DNA of 64,000 nucleotides, taken from NCBI GenBank assembly GCA_010093815.1, contig ML996565.1. One strand, 5' to 3'. The number at the start of each line of letters is the position of its first letter. Position 1 is the stretch's first letter. Source of the stretch: Pseudovirgaria hyperparasitica. Lineage: Eukaryota. Below the pieces are notes generated by a model. The model ran no database searches, had not been told where the DNA came from, and saw only the letters and a program-made list of their open reading frames with translations. Both the position numbers and the translations under genes were made by a program. Of this stretch, positions 13,001 to 25,927 are shown in pieces.

Positions 13001-15202
13001 GAGTCGTCGAGAAAGATCATGATGCTGAGCGAATAGCAAGGGCTTTGGTGTCTGAAATGCAAGTTGACGAGCGTGAAGTTATGGCAGGTCCAGAATCAAG
13101 TGGATACATCATCAAGACCACAATACTTAATTTTCTCAACGGCTGTCTTCGCGTATCACCAAGTCGACCATGTCTAGCCCATTTGCTACTGGGGTTTTCT
13201 ACTTCTGAGAACCAGCTCATTATCTCAGACGAGGGGCTGTTTGCTCGAGGTGACTCCCTCTTCCATGCGATCGTTCAAATCGCCACCTACTATCCCGATG
13301 AGGAGCAAGACTCGTTCCTTTCGTGGCTCACGGGCCTAAAGCGTAGCTGCTTTGAAGTTCTCCAACGACTATGGAGATCACCGTTATCGTCCTCCATCAC
13401 GATGTCGGAATTACGAGCCAATAATTTTCTATACGACATACTTCTACGCCAGCATATCATTACTCCAGACACTCAGTGGGAGGGTGCGTCTGTTGATGAC
13501 GAGACCTTTTATATGTCAGACTCAGCGCTAGCATTTCAAAGTTACTTAACAATGCGATCAACACTCTACGATTATATGGGCCGAGAACTTCGATGGGTCT
13601 CTCAAGAAAACATAACATCGTCCAAGGGCAAAGTTCAATCTGCTATCATGGGAACAACTATCTTATTGAACGGCGAGTCAATTCGAAATTCAAGCATACT
13701 GGACCTTTACGACTTCATGGAAGTAGTGGCCAACAGACCACAAATTCCAGAGATGCAATTGATGTCAATGGAAGGCTTAAACTTTGAAGTTTGTAGGGAG
13801 CCCGGAAACGATTATTATAATCTGGCCAGCGCTGCGCAGCTAATTACTTTGCGACGTAACACTTTGAAACGTGAAGGCAGATTGCAGTCTCTTGAGGAAG
13901 AGCAAGCCCTTGAAGAACAGGGCCAGATGATTCTCAGTCTCCTTCATGGCATGAACCAACAAAAGAGCGTGGCCTTTTCCCAGAAAGATTTACTCCGGGC
14001 TTGGGTCCAAGCCATTACCATCATACTCGAGAATGGCGATTTTGATGACGCAGGACGGACTAATTTTATACTCCAGATTCTACAACTTATCACTCCCAAG
14101 ATCGATAATGCTTACCAGGACGATACAAATGTTGCTGTAGAACTTCTCCGCTTGTCGAAGACCCTTCTTCAACATGTCAATTTCACCTCGCCCACGTTCG
14201 AGGATATTACAAGTGGAGGATACGCGAACGATCGTATGTTCCAATTATTCAAGACCGCTCTAAGCGGTATTTATACTGCAGTTGCCGAGCCCCTCTTGCG
14301 CGAGACGTGCTATCAGATATGTTACCGGTATCAACTCAACGCATCACGCAAGCATAAGCAGTTGCGTAGATATATCATTCAGGCCATTGAAGCTGCAGGC
14401 GACTACTATCTGGAGGTCATCTGCGAGGACGCATATGCTGGTCAAGGTACCTGCCGAGTGTCTGCACTTATGTTTCTGGAGTCGTTGGTTCACCTATCGA
14501 TTCAAGAACGCTCAAAACACATTCTTGAAAGACTCGTGCGCTTCAACTTTATCTCACTTTGCGTCGATTCCATAAAGACGATGCCTACTGACTTGCATGC
14601 TGCGGCTGCTCCTGGTGAGTGGTTGCCCCTGTCCAATGTGTACCTCCACATCTGATTCTGACATCTTCTGAGACATCCCTCTCCTTATATCCTCCTACTC
14701 CGCAATCCTTTCTCTACTGCTCCGCATTGCTCAAACTTCCACTGGTGCAGCGCACGTACTAAACAGCGGCTTGTTTTGTGCGGTTCGAGAATCTGGCATA
14801 TTCGCCGCCGATCCTGACATTGGGCTTGAGATTGACAATCCTCACGCTTTGGCAAAGTACTTCGATCTATTACTCGAAGTTTTGCGCGTGATCAACGCGG
14901 TTGTCCTGAGTCGTGGTCCTCAGAATCGAGGCACAATAGCGCAAGGTCGAGAGTTCTTGAAAGAGAATCGAAATACAATGGTCAGTGTTTTCAAGCGCAA
15001 TGCAGGAGTGGGCGGCGTTCGACTCGACAGAAACATTGATCTAGATGATCTGGTGGATAATTTCACCCTGCTCATCACTGCCACAGGCTTCTTAGAGGTG
15101 AGTACTACAGACTTTAGGTTTCGTAACAAGTTCTCACTGATATGTGTATAGCATGAAGAAAAGGAATCGACACAGAAAAGCCCGATTGGGTATTACTCAT
15201 GA
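10064..15202 (+). CDS. NUP192: Nucleoporin Nup192/Nup205, multi-exon
   Basis: Start MADASSLESLQDLHRDL. Very long helical ORF with family-like segments LRDSLPFPENLGSSHRMPGIDNYIDFV, YMQLHPFARVMEWMF and FAADPDIGLEIDN. Introns near 10248-10303, 14614-14672 and 15098-15151. Confidence 0.9.
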
Positions 15203-15433
15203 TCGCAAAATCCGTTTAAGGTGCTGCATGGAAGTTTAAAAGTGTTTGCATTCTCGATGGCGTTCGACCTCGTTGGACCACTACCGGCCAAGGAGACCTG
15301 TGGTAAATATCTACACGCATGAATAGTATAATATACATGAATCCCGTGCGCTGTCCACGAAACCAGCTCTCTCTTCCATCTACTACAGATAATTTAAGCG
15401 CCTCTAGCGTTCGTATCCTTGAAGCCGCAGTCT

Positions 15434-16057
15434 TTATTGGTCTACAAAAGATGGCCTCTCGCCCGCTGCCCATCCGTTCGGTCCCTCCCTCTCCGCCGTA
15501 AATCTCTCCTTCTCCGCCGCCAGTCCTCTAGCTTTCGTTCTCTCCCTCAAGAGCATCTGTAGCTCCTCCGTTCTCTTCTCATACTCTTCATTCTTATTAC
15601 CCTTATACGCTGTACTCCACTCAATCGCACCTGGCACATCTTTGATATCACTCAATTTGCTCCCTAGCTTTACACATGAGTGTCTCATCATACGTGGATC
15701 TCGTGATAGTAGACGCCGCATCGTCAGTTGGGTGTCAGCAGACGAATCAAAGCGCATGAGGAAATGGTGCGCGGTGTGGTGTTTGGCGGCGAGTACGTGG
15801 CGAGGCTTTGGGAGGAGAAAGACGCCCCAATTCGTTATGCCCCGGATCACACCGTTAGCGTTGAGGATTATGCTGCCGGCTGCATGGACAATTCTGGAGA
15901 ACTTTAATATATATATGTTTGGGTTGTGATGTAGGGGAGTTAGGCATACTCTTTGACTTCCGCGACGTTACCAGGGCGGACCTGGATGTGTTAGCAAAGA
16001 GTAGAGATTATGCAAGGATAGATAGCTTACAAGCCCTATTAGTTCGTATAGCACCAT
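15434..16057 (-). CDS. MRP17: Mitochondrial ribosomal protein bS6m (Mrp17)
   Basis: Spliced translation MVLYELIGL|VRPGNVAEVKE|IVHAAGSIILNANGVIRGITNWG...HHFLMRFDSS...DPRMMRHS matches the fungal S6 pattern; two introns. Confidence 0.85.
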
Positions 16058-16326
16058 GTCGAGAGGTGATCGTGATGTTGCTCGTGCTCCGTGATAATGA
16101 GGTTGTTCAGAAAGTTCCCAATGTCAAATTGGCGCTAGTTTGAAAGGCTTGGCGCGAGAGCATGGATTCGTTTTGGCTTGAGCTTCAACTTCATTACTAC
16201 CTTACGATTTCCGTACGACGATTTCGACAACGTCGCGCGACCACAGCACAACTCAGACGACGGAGAGAAGTCTATCCGCTTTCTTCACACATATAAATCC
16301 TATCTTGCGCTCACACCACCGCCAAT

Positions 16327-16893
16327 ATGACGAGTACAATCGGCATCCCAATAAAGCTACTGAATGAGGCAATGGTACGAAGCCGCACGCTTCACGCGCC
16401 ACTTTCCGCTTTGAACGATACGTATACTGACACTTACAGGGTCATGTAGTTACTATTGAGATCACCTCTGGTCAAGTCTACCGCGGCAAGCTCCTCGAAG
16501 GTGCGTCGCATGCTACTCCCGTTCAATTATTCATTATCCCACACAGTTGCTAAAGATTGCCACAGCGGAAGACAACATGAACGTTCAGCTGAAAGATATC
16601 ACTGTAACTGCACGCGACGGCCGTGTGTCACATCTTGATCAAGTCTACATTCGCGGATCGCATGTGCGATATTTTATTGTACCGGATATGTTGAGGTATG
16701 AAGCCCCAAGATTATGGCCCTACCGACAGGGCGCATGGCCTCTGAGGTACTGAGAGAAAATTACTGATCCGGTGCTAGGAATGCGCCGATGTTCCGAGCG
16801 AGAGGTACGAGGGGACGAGGTGTGGGTCTGGCAAGAGGTAGAGCAACTGTGAATCGTGCGAGAGGACAACAGAGGGGAGACAGAAGAGGATGA
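16327..16893 (+). CDS. SMD3: Small nuclear ribonucleoprotein Sm D3
   Basis: Exons give [85 protein letters not shown], ending in an RG-rich tail. Confidence 0.95.
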
Positions 16894-17249
16894 GCGTAAA
16901 GCGGTGTTTTGGTTGTGAGCGAGTAGAGAAGCTCTCAGACACGATACATGCTAGGGCACAATCTACATTCGAAACCGGCAGGAGGACAATGTTGTGGCAA
17001 GCACAGAATTGGTCACTCAAGTTGACGCGCAAGAAGTTTGGCGTTTGGCGTGACAACGGAATAGACACAAGGAAGATGGGAATACAATCCTGAAGCTATT
17101 GATTCAACCAGCCAGAACGTAGAGCTCCAATGTTGAAGTTGTTATCACGTGTGTGTGCGGTGAAATAGTACACCTCCGCGTCTCTGCCAAATACCCTTCA
17201 CCATGTGAGCTAACCATTCGCTCCACTTACAAGTCAATTCACGCCCACT

Positions 17250-18212
17250 ATGGAGATTAAAAACCCACGCCGAATGCTCGTTGTTGGTGCCTCAAATGCC
17301 GGCGTCCTAGACCTTATCAAAGGTATATATGTATTCGCTGCCCCTCCCCCGCTTCATGATACTAAAGACAGACCCACAGACCTGACCGGCAGCGCGCCAT
17401 CGCCCATTGACTCGTCCACCGCCGGCCTCTCCCACACCCTTTCACTCAAAACACCCTACTATACTGCCGCCATCCCGATCTGGATTGACGAACTTGCTTC
17501 ACTCCCTGCATGGACGGCCGAATTTCTCGCCCCTGAAGCATGTGCCGTCGTGTCCGCGCTCGGCGCATGGATATTTTGCTTCCGGCGCCCGCTACCTGGC
17601 GCCAATGTTGGCTCCCCTGAGCACATTGATACAGTGAAGGATAGCATGCGTGCTGTGCAGGCCGTTATCAAAGAGGCGTGTGGAGACGAGTGGGATGGAG
17701 TGTGTCTTGCGGTTGCGATGCCGCAGACCACGGTGCCGTATGTGGAAATGGAGACTGATGAGTGGGAGTATACATGTCGTGAGTTCGGATTCGAGTACGT
17801 AGATAGTGAAGCCAAGGAGAAGAATGAGTTTGGGGAGAAGACGGGTGTGGAAAGAGTGAAGGAGGCGTTAGAGGCGAACGAGTGGGACGGAGATGATTTG
17901 CTAGACAGCGATTTTGAACAAGAGGGAGACGGAGAGGAAGGATTGGATGGTGAAGAGGCCGAAATGGGTGTAGAGCTGTTTGGGATGAAGGGTGCGTTGC
18001 GTGGTAATGAGGGAGAGAGTGAAGAAGCGAAGCAGGTTGAGGACCTAGAGAGGATGATGGGAAAACTCCAGACTGTAAAGGGTACGCTCTTGATATACTA
18101 ATGACATAACACAGCTGACAAGAGCTTAGACATTAGTGCGGGCTTGCCAGAAGAGCAGCGGAAACAACTAGCAGCAAAGGCTGTCAAAGACATAATGAAG
18201 TCTTTCCCATAG
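17250..18212 (+). CDS. Alpha/gamma-adaptin-binding protein p34 (Irc6/AAGAB-like)
   Basis: Motifs LKTPYYTAAIPIWIDE, FGFEYVD and RNEFGE-like EKNEFGEKTGVERVKEALEANEW; acidic tail; last exon LPEEQRKQLAAKAVKDIMKSFP*. Confidence 0.8.
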
Positions 18213-18241
18213 CTTTTCCTCGGTCTCGTTGAGTTCAGGTT

Positions 18242-19338
18242 TTAAGTCCTTGTAGGCCCTCGATTCATATATTGTTGATGCCAGGTATACTCAGGATCAT
18301 TCCGGAGCGTCTCAATGATCCACTCCACGCCACTCTTCGGCTCTCGACCAAGCAACTGAGCCAAAAGTGTCGACGTTTCTGCGGCGCCTCCTGTTGCCAA
18401 CTCGTCATACACCGCACTCCAATGGCGAAAGAAGTCTATCGGTTTCTCGCCTTCGTCGTTTGAGGAATTCAACGAGATATACTCTTCCGTCGAAACAATT
18501 TCCATGGAGACAGATCTCCCAGATGCGGAATTGATTGCCTCGACAAGCTCCGAGAAGGAGTTAGCCTTAGCCCCTGAAAGAAGGACCTTCGCCAGCAGTT
18601 AGTATACATAAGCACGTCAGTCTTCACCATTCGGGGACTCACAGTCTCCTTCTCTCTTCCGCCTTCAACCATCAACTTCGCCGTAGCCTCCCCCAACTCA
18701 TCGATAACAGCCCACGCAATCTTTCCGTCCGCAGGCAGACGTAGCCTCTGAGCGCGATTAGTGGGATACCAATTCAGAAATACCGGAAAACAGTTCGCAT
18801 ATACGCCTTCACGGACGGATGTAAACATTGCGCCTGATCTGCTACTCATCAGCATTCTTTGCTTCCTTGACCAATGATGAAGGGATCTAAATACTCACTC
18901 CTTCAACATTCTCTCCGTCATCAAATGCGCCGCCATGACCGCTGTCTTACTCTCTCCGGCTCCACCAATCGCCAGACTGGCATAGAATGTATGACCCACG
19001 GCTGCCTCGACGACCGCTTCTACGACATTGCGATGCTGTCGCTCGCGTTTCTCGACGTCGAATGTGTCAGTGGACACGAAGAAAAGTTTGTCAATACCGC
19101 GAAAGGCGGTGATGAGTCAAGGTTTATCATCAAAGGAGGCAGTACGGATGGTCAGACCTTTGAATTTTGGGGAGGTGGAGAATTTTTGAGCGAGGTTGGA
19201 AGCGCGGGACGGCGAGGATGTGGTGATTGTGACCTGTGAAGCGGGGATGGACTGGGTCGTAAGGAGATGTGTCAGTATTGCGCCGCCAAGCGAGCCTGTC
19301 GCGCCTGTTATGAGGTACGTTGGCTGTTGGTGAGACAT
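18242..19338 (-). pseudogene. NmrA-like NAD(P)-binding protein with one in-frame TGA
   Basis: Rossmann motif YLITGATGSLGG. The frame reads ASFDDKP*LITAFRGIDKLFFVSTDTFD across the TGA at 19117-19119. Two normal introns; the rest of the gene is open. Confidence 0.75.
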
Positions 19339-20052
19339 TATACTTCCACTATAGGTCGGAATTGCAGTGAGGGAGCGTTCAATGTAATTGCTGCTCTACA
19401 TGCTACTTTCGATCCTACTTATATACCTGTTCAGCTCCATCCGCCTCATACGAGATCTATTCCTGATGTTGCCATTAAGCCAAGATCACATCCTCCCGTG
19501 CACGCCTTTTATTTGTGCATTCTTACAACACCATGGTTTCGTGGTGCGCCTCATCGCGCACGTCCTTATAAATTTCCTATTTGGGACGAGCCGTCCTCTG
19601 ACGGCTCCGCACTTGATTTATAATGCATCTGCGGCATGACGTAGGTGAGTCAGACTTTAGTTAGCTTCGGCATCTCTGCGAGCTTTGATGTAACAGAGTT
19701 TGAAAGCTTATAACATGTGCGCCATAGGTGTCATGCGTTGGTTGTACTATCTGCATACCTGATGCCTTAGCAATAATACGCGGATGTTCGAGATCTGTAT
19801 GTGATCATAACACTCGCCGAGCATTGCACTACAGGCTCGAAACGGTATCTCCACAGATGCCATAGACCTCCCAGCATGCTGTGAATGTTGGGATTGGGAA
19901 CATTTCCAGCTTCGAGTTGCCGACAACGGAGGTACCGGGTCGCAAGCCTATCCTCCATAGGTCCCGTAACTTCCCACAGCCCAGGAGGAATTCACAAGCA
20001 AATTGTGCATTTTATCAACTCCCTGTCAGCTTGTTACCATTTGCTCTCACCA

Positions 20053-20394
20053 ACGCATACTAAAGGCCCATTTGACATGACACATGCAGTTGGAGAAAGT
20101 TTGAATGTGCAAGAGCAGCAGCTGTAAGAGGGGATCATAGGGGATGAGGCAGGATTTGGGGGAGGACCGCAGCAGATATATGGGGTGTTGACAAAGACTG
20201 TCAATAGAATGCCGAAGAGAGAGGTTCATGAAGGCGTGGAGCCACCGACGTGGGTCGAGTATTATCGCTTAACGGCAAAGGCTATGGCCGGGGAGGGGGA
20301 GGTTCCGGTCAGGTCGGAGGAGTCGGCAATGGTCATTCATTTGATCGAGGAGTTGGAAAAGAGCTCCGTGAATGGGATTACAGTTACATTCTGA
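20053..20394 (+). pseudogene. C-terminal remnant of a Gfo/Idh/MocA-type NAD-binding oxidoreductase
   Basis: LNVQEQQL*EG...GFG...YGVLT...VEPPTWVEYYRLTAKAMAGEGEVPVRSEESAMVIHLIE resembles the C-terminus of this family. Internal TAA at 20125-20127; no recognisable N-terminal domain. Confidence 0.55.
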
Positions 20395-20572
20395 ACAGAC
20401 GCAGTTGGGCCACGCGCTGTCAGTCATATCAGATACGCGAAATATACCAGAATCCATGCTCGTTATGTTGAAAAGCCGTCGTTGAAGGCGGCGCAGCATG
20501 CGCTTATTCCCAAGCCTATGAATCCATTGATCTACATTCCTAGACCATACATCTTTTGCTCTTGTGTTGGGT

Positions 20573-21250
20573 TTAGTCTTCGCTCGCCTCCTCGGTGAAC
20601 TTCCTATATGCCTCTGCATCCATAAGCTCACTGTCTTTCGCTGCCTCTTCCAAGCTCGCGCCCTCAATCACGATTTTCGCAATCCAGGCCGCGCCTTCTG
20701 GATCACTGTTCAGCGCGCTCGGCTTCTCCTCCAAAATCTTATTCGTCTCGACGACTTGACCGCTGACGGGTGTGAGAATGTCGGAGGCCGATTTGACAGA
20801 CTCGACGGAGCCGATGGCGTCTCCGGCAACGATTTCCATATCGTCCTGGGGCAGCTCGACATAGACGACGTCGCCGAGTGCAGAGGCAGCGTGTTTAGAG
20901 ATACCGAGCGTTGCTGGAAGTGTCAGTACGAAGAGGTCGATATGCATGTGGGTGTTTGAAGGGCGTACCGGTCTTGCCGTCTGTGTCGAGCTCAATCCAC
21001 TCGTGGTCTTGGGTGTATTTCTTCTCCATAGCTAGACTACATGTTAGACACTGACGTATGAGTGCGAATCTCCCTTGCGCAATAGCGCAGCTCAAGCTCC
21101 GCAGCCTCAGTAAAGACTTTACTTACAGCGAGAGCTAACAGCGAAACTCCGAAGTGGACTTTGCTTCAACGCCATAGACCTGCACATCCATTGTGGCCTT
21201 GGGGAGCTAAAAAGCAGAGCAGAGCGAGCAATTGAGGTCCTAGCAGCCAT
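20573..21250 (-). CDS. GCV3: Glycine cleavage system H protein, mitochondrial
   Basis: KKYTQDHEWI, LGDVVYVELP, lipoyl-lysine motif GSVESVKSASDILTPVSG; Arg/Ser-rich presequence from ATG 21250; introns present. Confidence 0.95.
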
Positions 21251-21476
21251 GTTGAGGATCAATTTGGTGGGTGACAGCACACAAAAGACCTGCGATATGA
21301 CGATAATCGTGGTCTTGCCGACCTTTCGGGGTGGGGTGCATTATTAGGAGCAATGCTCCGATCGGTAATTAGGCGCTCGAGCCAAACTGTATGAAACAGG
21401 ATGCACGTGCTATCATCGAGCTTATTAAACCTTCAAATCCAAAGATCATCAGGATGAGAATTGAATGATCTCTCAA

Positions 21477-22215
21477 ATGAACATCTCAGGCACGCTCAAC
21501 GTCTTTCGTCTTATTACCCAGCCCTCGCTCTGCCTCCCTCATGCCACAATCTCCACCTTTAATGAGCTCCCGATCCCCCTATCAAAAGCATTTACCAAAG
21601 GCAATGATGGCAAGGATGCAGATATCAGAGCAGTAGTGCTAGACAAGGACAATTGTTTCGCGGTCCCGCATGCGAATGAAGTGTATAAGCCATATCATGT
21701 AAATCTATTCATTATTCGCACAAGACCCGCCACTGATATATCTTAGGATCGCTTTGAAGCACTGAAAGCCGCATATCCCTCTTCGAGACTACTTATAGTG
21801 TCTAACACCGCTGGCACAGCAACGGATCGGGACTTTGAAGAAGCTCGGCTTTTAGAGCGCAACACGGGTGTCAAGGTACTTCGACACAATACCAAGAAAC
21901 CAGGATGCCATCTCGAAATTCTGAGTCACTTTCAAGCTGACAAGGATACGGGCGTTACTTCGCCTAGCCAGATCGCGGTGGTTGGAGATCGACTGTTCAC
22001 TGATGTTATGACAGCGAATATGATGGGGGCGCGTGGCATTTGGATTAAGGATGGTATTGTTGAGGAGAAGAGCATTGTAAGTGCTTTGTATTCAAGGACA
22101 CGAATCGAACTCGGATGACTGACGCCCTTAGTTTGCGAAAGTAGAGCATTCTCTTGCAGGCTTCTTGCAGCGCCGAGGCTACAGTGCGCCAGATCCCAAA
22201 AGTGACTTTGAATAG
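21477..22215 (+). CDS. GEP4: Mitochondrial phosphatidylglycerophosphate phosphatase (HAD family)
   Basis: AVVLDKDNCFA, SNTAG, KKPGC, AVVGDRLFTDVMTANMMG; two introns. Confidence 0.9.
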
Positions 22216-22566
22216 GTTGTATCAATAGTAGTATGAACTCAATGGTAGAAATGTAATTATTCTAAGCGCGTAGTGGCGCTGTGTGGATATATACATAAAT
22301 AGACGTCATCCCCATCCCTTATACCCAAACCAGGATCTTCATCATCCATCAACGCCGTCGCAATATTCAGTGATGTAGAGATGACATAACAAATGTGAGA
22401 TAGCCCTTAGGCCGCATGTACAAAAGTCCCAAGCGCAATGTACCCGACATGCAAATGGCAGGCCAAGAAGATCTTGGGTCAAGAAGAGTACAGCGTCATT
22501 TGGTATGTTTGACCGCATGACGAGGTATCGTCGAAAGAAAAACTTTTTAAAGAAAGGGTGATCTGT

Positions 22567-24002
22567 TTAGAAATCGTCATCGAACGAGAAGTCTCCATGT
22601 CCGCTTTGGGCGTTGCTTGACCCTGCTGATGTGTCGTCTTCCTTTTTGATGCTGGCCATGACACCAGCCTTTTGGTAGTCGCCGACACGCTTCTCGAAAA
22701 AGTTGGTCTTGCCACCGAGAGAAATGTTCTCCATGAAGTCGAATGGGTTGGCGGAATTATAATACTTGGTGTTGCCAAGCGCAAGAAGGAGGCGATCAGC
22801 AACAAATTCAATGTACTGTGACATCAGCTTGGCATTCATGCCAAGAAGAGCGCAAGGAAGAGCATCCGTCAAGAACTCTTGCTCAATGCCAACGGCTTCC
22901 ACGATGATGTCTTGTACTTGTTGAGGGCTTGGGCGATTCTTGATGTGAGAATATAGGAGGCAAGCAAAGTCGGTGTGCATACCCTCGTCACGGGAGATGA
23001 GCTCATTTGAGAATGTCAAGCCAGGCATCAGACCACGCTTCTTCAGCCAGAAGATAGCAGCGAAAGAACCACTGAAGAAGATGCCCTCAACGGCGGCGAA
23101 AGCAATGAGACGCGATGCAAAGGTCGAATTCTTGTCAGAGATCCATCGTAGGGCCCAGTCAGCTTTCTTGCGGATACAAGGGACTACAATAGTGGTTAGC
23201 CACAGGGTCTGGTGCCAAGTAGTGGTGACGCAACGTACTGTTATCAATAGCATTGAACAGGTAGCGGCGCTGCTTCGGCTCGCTGATATAGCTGTCGATA
23301 AGGAGAGAGTAAGTCTCGGAGTGGATGTTCTCCATCATGATTTGGAAGCCATAGAAGCATCGCGCTTCTGGGATCTGAACTTCTCCACTGAAACGCTCGA
23401 CCAGATTTTCGTTCACTATGCCATCGGAAGCAGCGAAGAAAGCAAGAACGTGAGAGACAAAGAAACGTTCGTCATCATTCAGTCGCTTGTTCCAGTCGTG
23501 GAGATCCTTGGACAGATCAATCTCTTCCGCGGTCCAGAAAGATGCCTCTGCCTTCTTGTACATCTGCCATATCTGTCGTGGTGACGCGTTAGCTTGGCAC
23601 AAAAACCACTTTACGCGTCGACGCGTCGATACCTTCAGGGTCATGACATACCTCGTGATATTTGATAGGGAAGAGAACAAATCGCTGAGGGTTCTCTTGT
23701 AAAAGGGGCTCATCAGCCTCTTCTGGCTTCAGTGTGGGTACTACTGATGGCGTGATATCTTCCTCCTCGTCGGGTAGGTCGGGAATGCCCTTGATGGGAA
23801 CGGCAACCTCGACACTGACGTTCTCTTTATTCGCAGCCGAGAAGTCGATCCTCTTCGCAGGAGAGTTGCCCATCTTCAGTTTTTGAATGGCCGCAGCCGC
23901 CTAAAACGCGTTATTAGCTATGCAATTCCAAGGTACCTGTCTATGACGACGGAGACGCGGTGGCGAGCATACCTTCTTTGAGGGAGTGATTTGGGTAGTC
24001 AT
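22567..24002 (-). CDS. RNR2: Ribonucleotide reductase small subunit
   Basis: [64 protein letters not shown]-terminal FSFDDDF; three introns. Confidence 0.97.
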
Positions 24003-24126
24003 TGCCTCTTTCTTATGACAATGTGAGAGTAATTGAATGTATTGGATATACAGACGAGGAGTAGAACAGTGGTGGAAGGATGGACAATGATGTTTGTGGG
24101 AGGAAGAATACAGAGAAGGGAACCGC

Positions 24127-24358
24127 ACGCGTAGTTAAAGAGGTTTGAAAGCTCGGACCAAGAGCGACGCGCTCGACGCGTCCGAGTCAAGCCCCACCTC
24201 CCCAGCCTCTGTTTTGATCTGATAACGAAATTACCAGCACTCTCCGCCGTCCAAGCACAGTCAGTGCTTCATGCTTCAAACCTCTACCGGCATAGCGTGT
24301 TGTTATTTTCAAGGAATTTACGTATCAGATCGGACATCGACACTGCACAAAGACGCGT
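24127..24358. promoter_or_regulatory. MluI cell-cycle box (MCB, ACGCGT) cluster upstream of RNR2
   Basis: ACGCGT at 24127, 24176 and 24353, plus ACGCG at 24167. MCBs are the established MBF sites of S-phase genes such as RNR. Confidence 0.65.
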
Positions 24359-24677
24359 CGGCTGGACACCAGCCAGAAAATGTCCCTACTTTGCTCGCCA
24401 CACGCTGACAGCCTTCGACCTCCGAACCTTCCGGACGTCCTTTCGGTACCATCATAAAGTTGGACACAGCTGCTATGGTACCTGGAGAAGCCGTGCGAGG
24501 TCCGAGCGATATTATGTACAGGTGGTCCCAGAACAATTTTGAGCTTACGGAAATGCCGCACTTGTGAACCTCGTTTGCATCGACACCTGTACATACATAG
24601 GAGACGACAAATCATGTACAGTCGATCCAGACCACAACTTCGAAAGACAACCGCATTCAATACAGCTCGTACGACCG

Positions 24678-25927
24678 TTACCAGGTGATAATTGGCTTCA
24701 CAGTCTCCCCGGTATGCATCTGGTGGACTGCTTCCTCAAAGTCTTCCGCCTTGAAGACTTTTATGAGCCTATCAAAGGGTAGTTGCCCCTCTCTCCACCA
24801 CTGTATCATCTTGGGAATCCACACATCTGGGACCGCATCTCCTTCAATGGTGCCCATGATCTTCTTGCCTGTTACGACCATATCTGTGATGTCGATATTA
24901 AGCTTAGATCCTGGCGGCACCATACCTAGTGGTACTATTTTACCCTGCGCTCTGGTAAGATCATACGCCTGGTGGATCAAGTCAACTACACCAGTTGTAT
25001 CTACGGTTATCGTCGGACCATTCTTGTCGATCTTTTGAACTGCTTCAGCAAAGTCTTGTGGCGACTCGGGACTGAAACTCGATGTGTTGATGGTATGCGT
25101 TGCTCCCAGTTCTTTTGCGAGCTGCATGCGTGATTCAACCCTATCTACACCGATGATGGTCTTCACTCCAGCGATGTTGGCCGCCTAGACTTGTCAGCAT
25201 GCTAGTGTTAATACGCTGCTCGTTGAGAGTATACCTACCATGATACATGACAGACCGACTCCTCCCAACCCGATAACGGCTACAGTATCTTCTGGTTTCG
25301 CTTCCGTCACACTGATTATACATCCAGTCCCTGTTTGGATACCACAGCCCAGCGGGCAGAGCTTGATCAGTTCTTCCTTGCTGTTTACCAGCCCTTTGAT
25401 ATTGACAACTGATTTCTCGTCCACTACACTGAGACTCGCGAAGCTCGATTGGCCAAAGAACGACCCAGCGATATCCGGCTCGCTAGATGATAACTTGGCG
25501 AAAGATTTTCTGCCTATGAAATTCAATGGTGTGAACTCATCGCAATGTGCAGGGTGCTTGTCTTCGCATAGTCGGCACTTCCCGCATGAAGAAAAGGACA
25601 GCAACACGGGATCCCCGACAGCAACTTTCTTTACCTTGTCTCCAATCTTCTCCACGTATCCAGAGCCTGCAGAAGAGCTGTGAGCTTCATGACAGAGCCA
25701 CACCAGCAGTTCAGCAACTTACCTTCGTGACCAAATATGATTGGGTATTGCGCTCCTGGAATGCCCTCTGGAATGTTGCCAAAATTGATATCGGTATGAC
25801 ATACCCCACTGGCAACCATTCTCACAACTATTTGGTCATCTTTCGGATCTACGATCTTGACATCCTCTAGTTTCCATTTCTTCTCAGATAGCGGACCATG
25901 TGAGACAATGGCACGAGCAGTAGCCAT
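24678..25927 (-). CDS. Zn-dependent medium-chain alcohol dehydrogenase (aryl/benzyl alcohol dehydrogenase-like)
   Basis: GVCHTD, GHEGSG after splicing, CGKCRLC...HC, PLGCGIQTG, GLGGVG, KPIITW; two introns; reading frame intact. Confidence 0.9.

Noticed and set aside
19117..19119. Selenocysteine interpretation of the NmrA TGA
   Set aside because: Dikarya are not known to have Sec machinery, the position is not a catalytic Cys site, and no SECIS was recognised.
22973..23584. 203-aa plus-strand ORF over RNR2
   Set aside because: Antisense shadow of a highly conserved gene.
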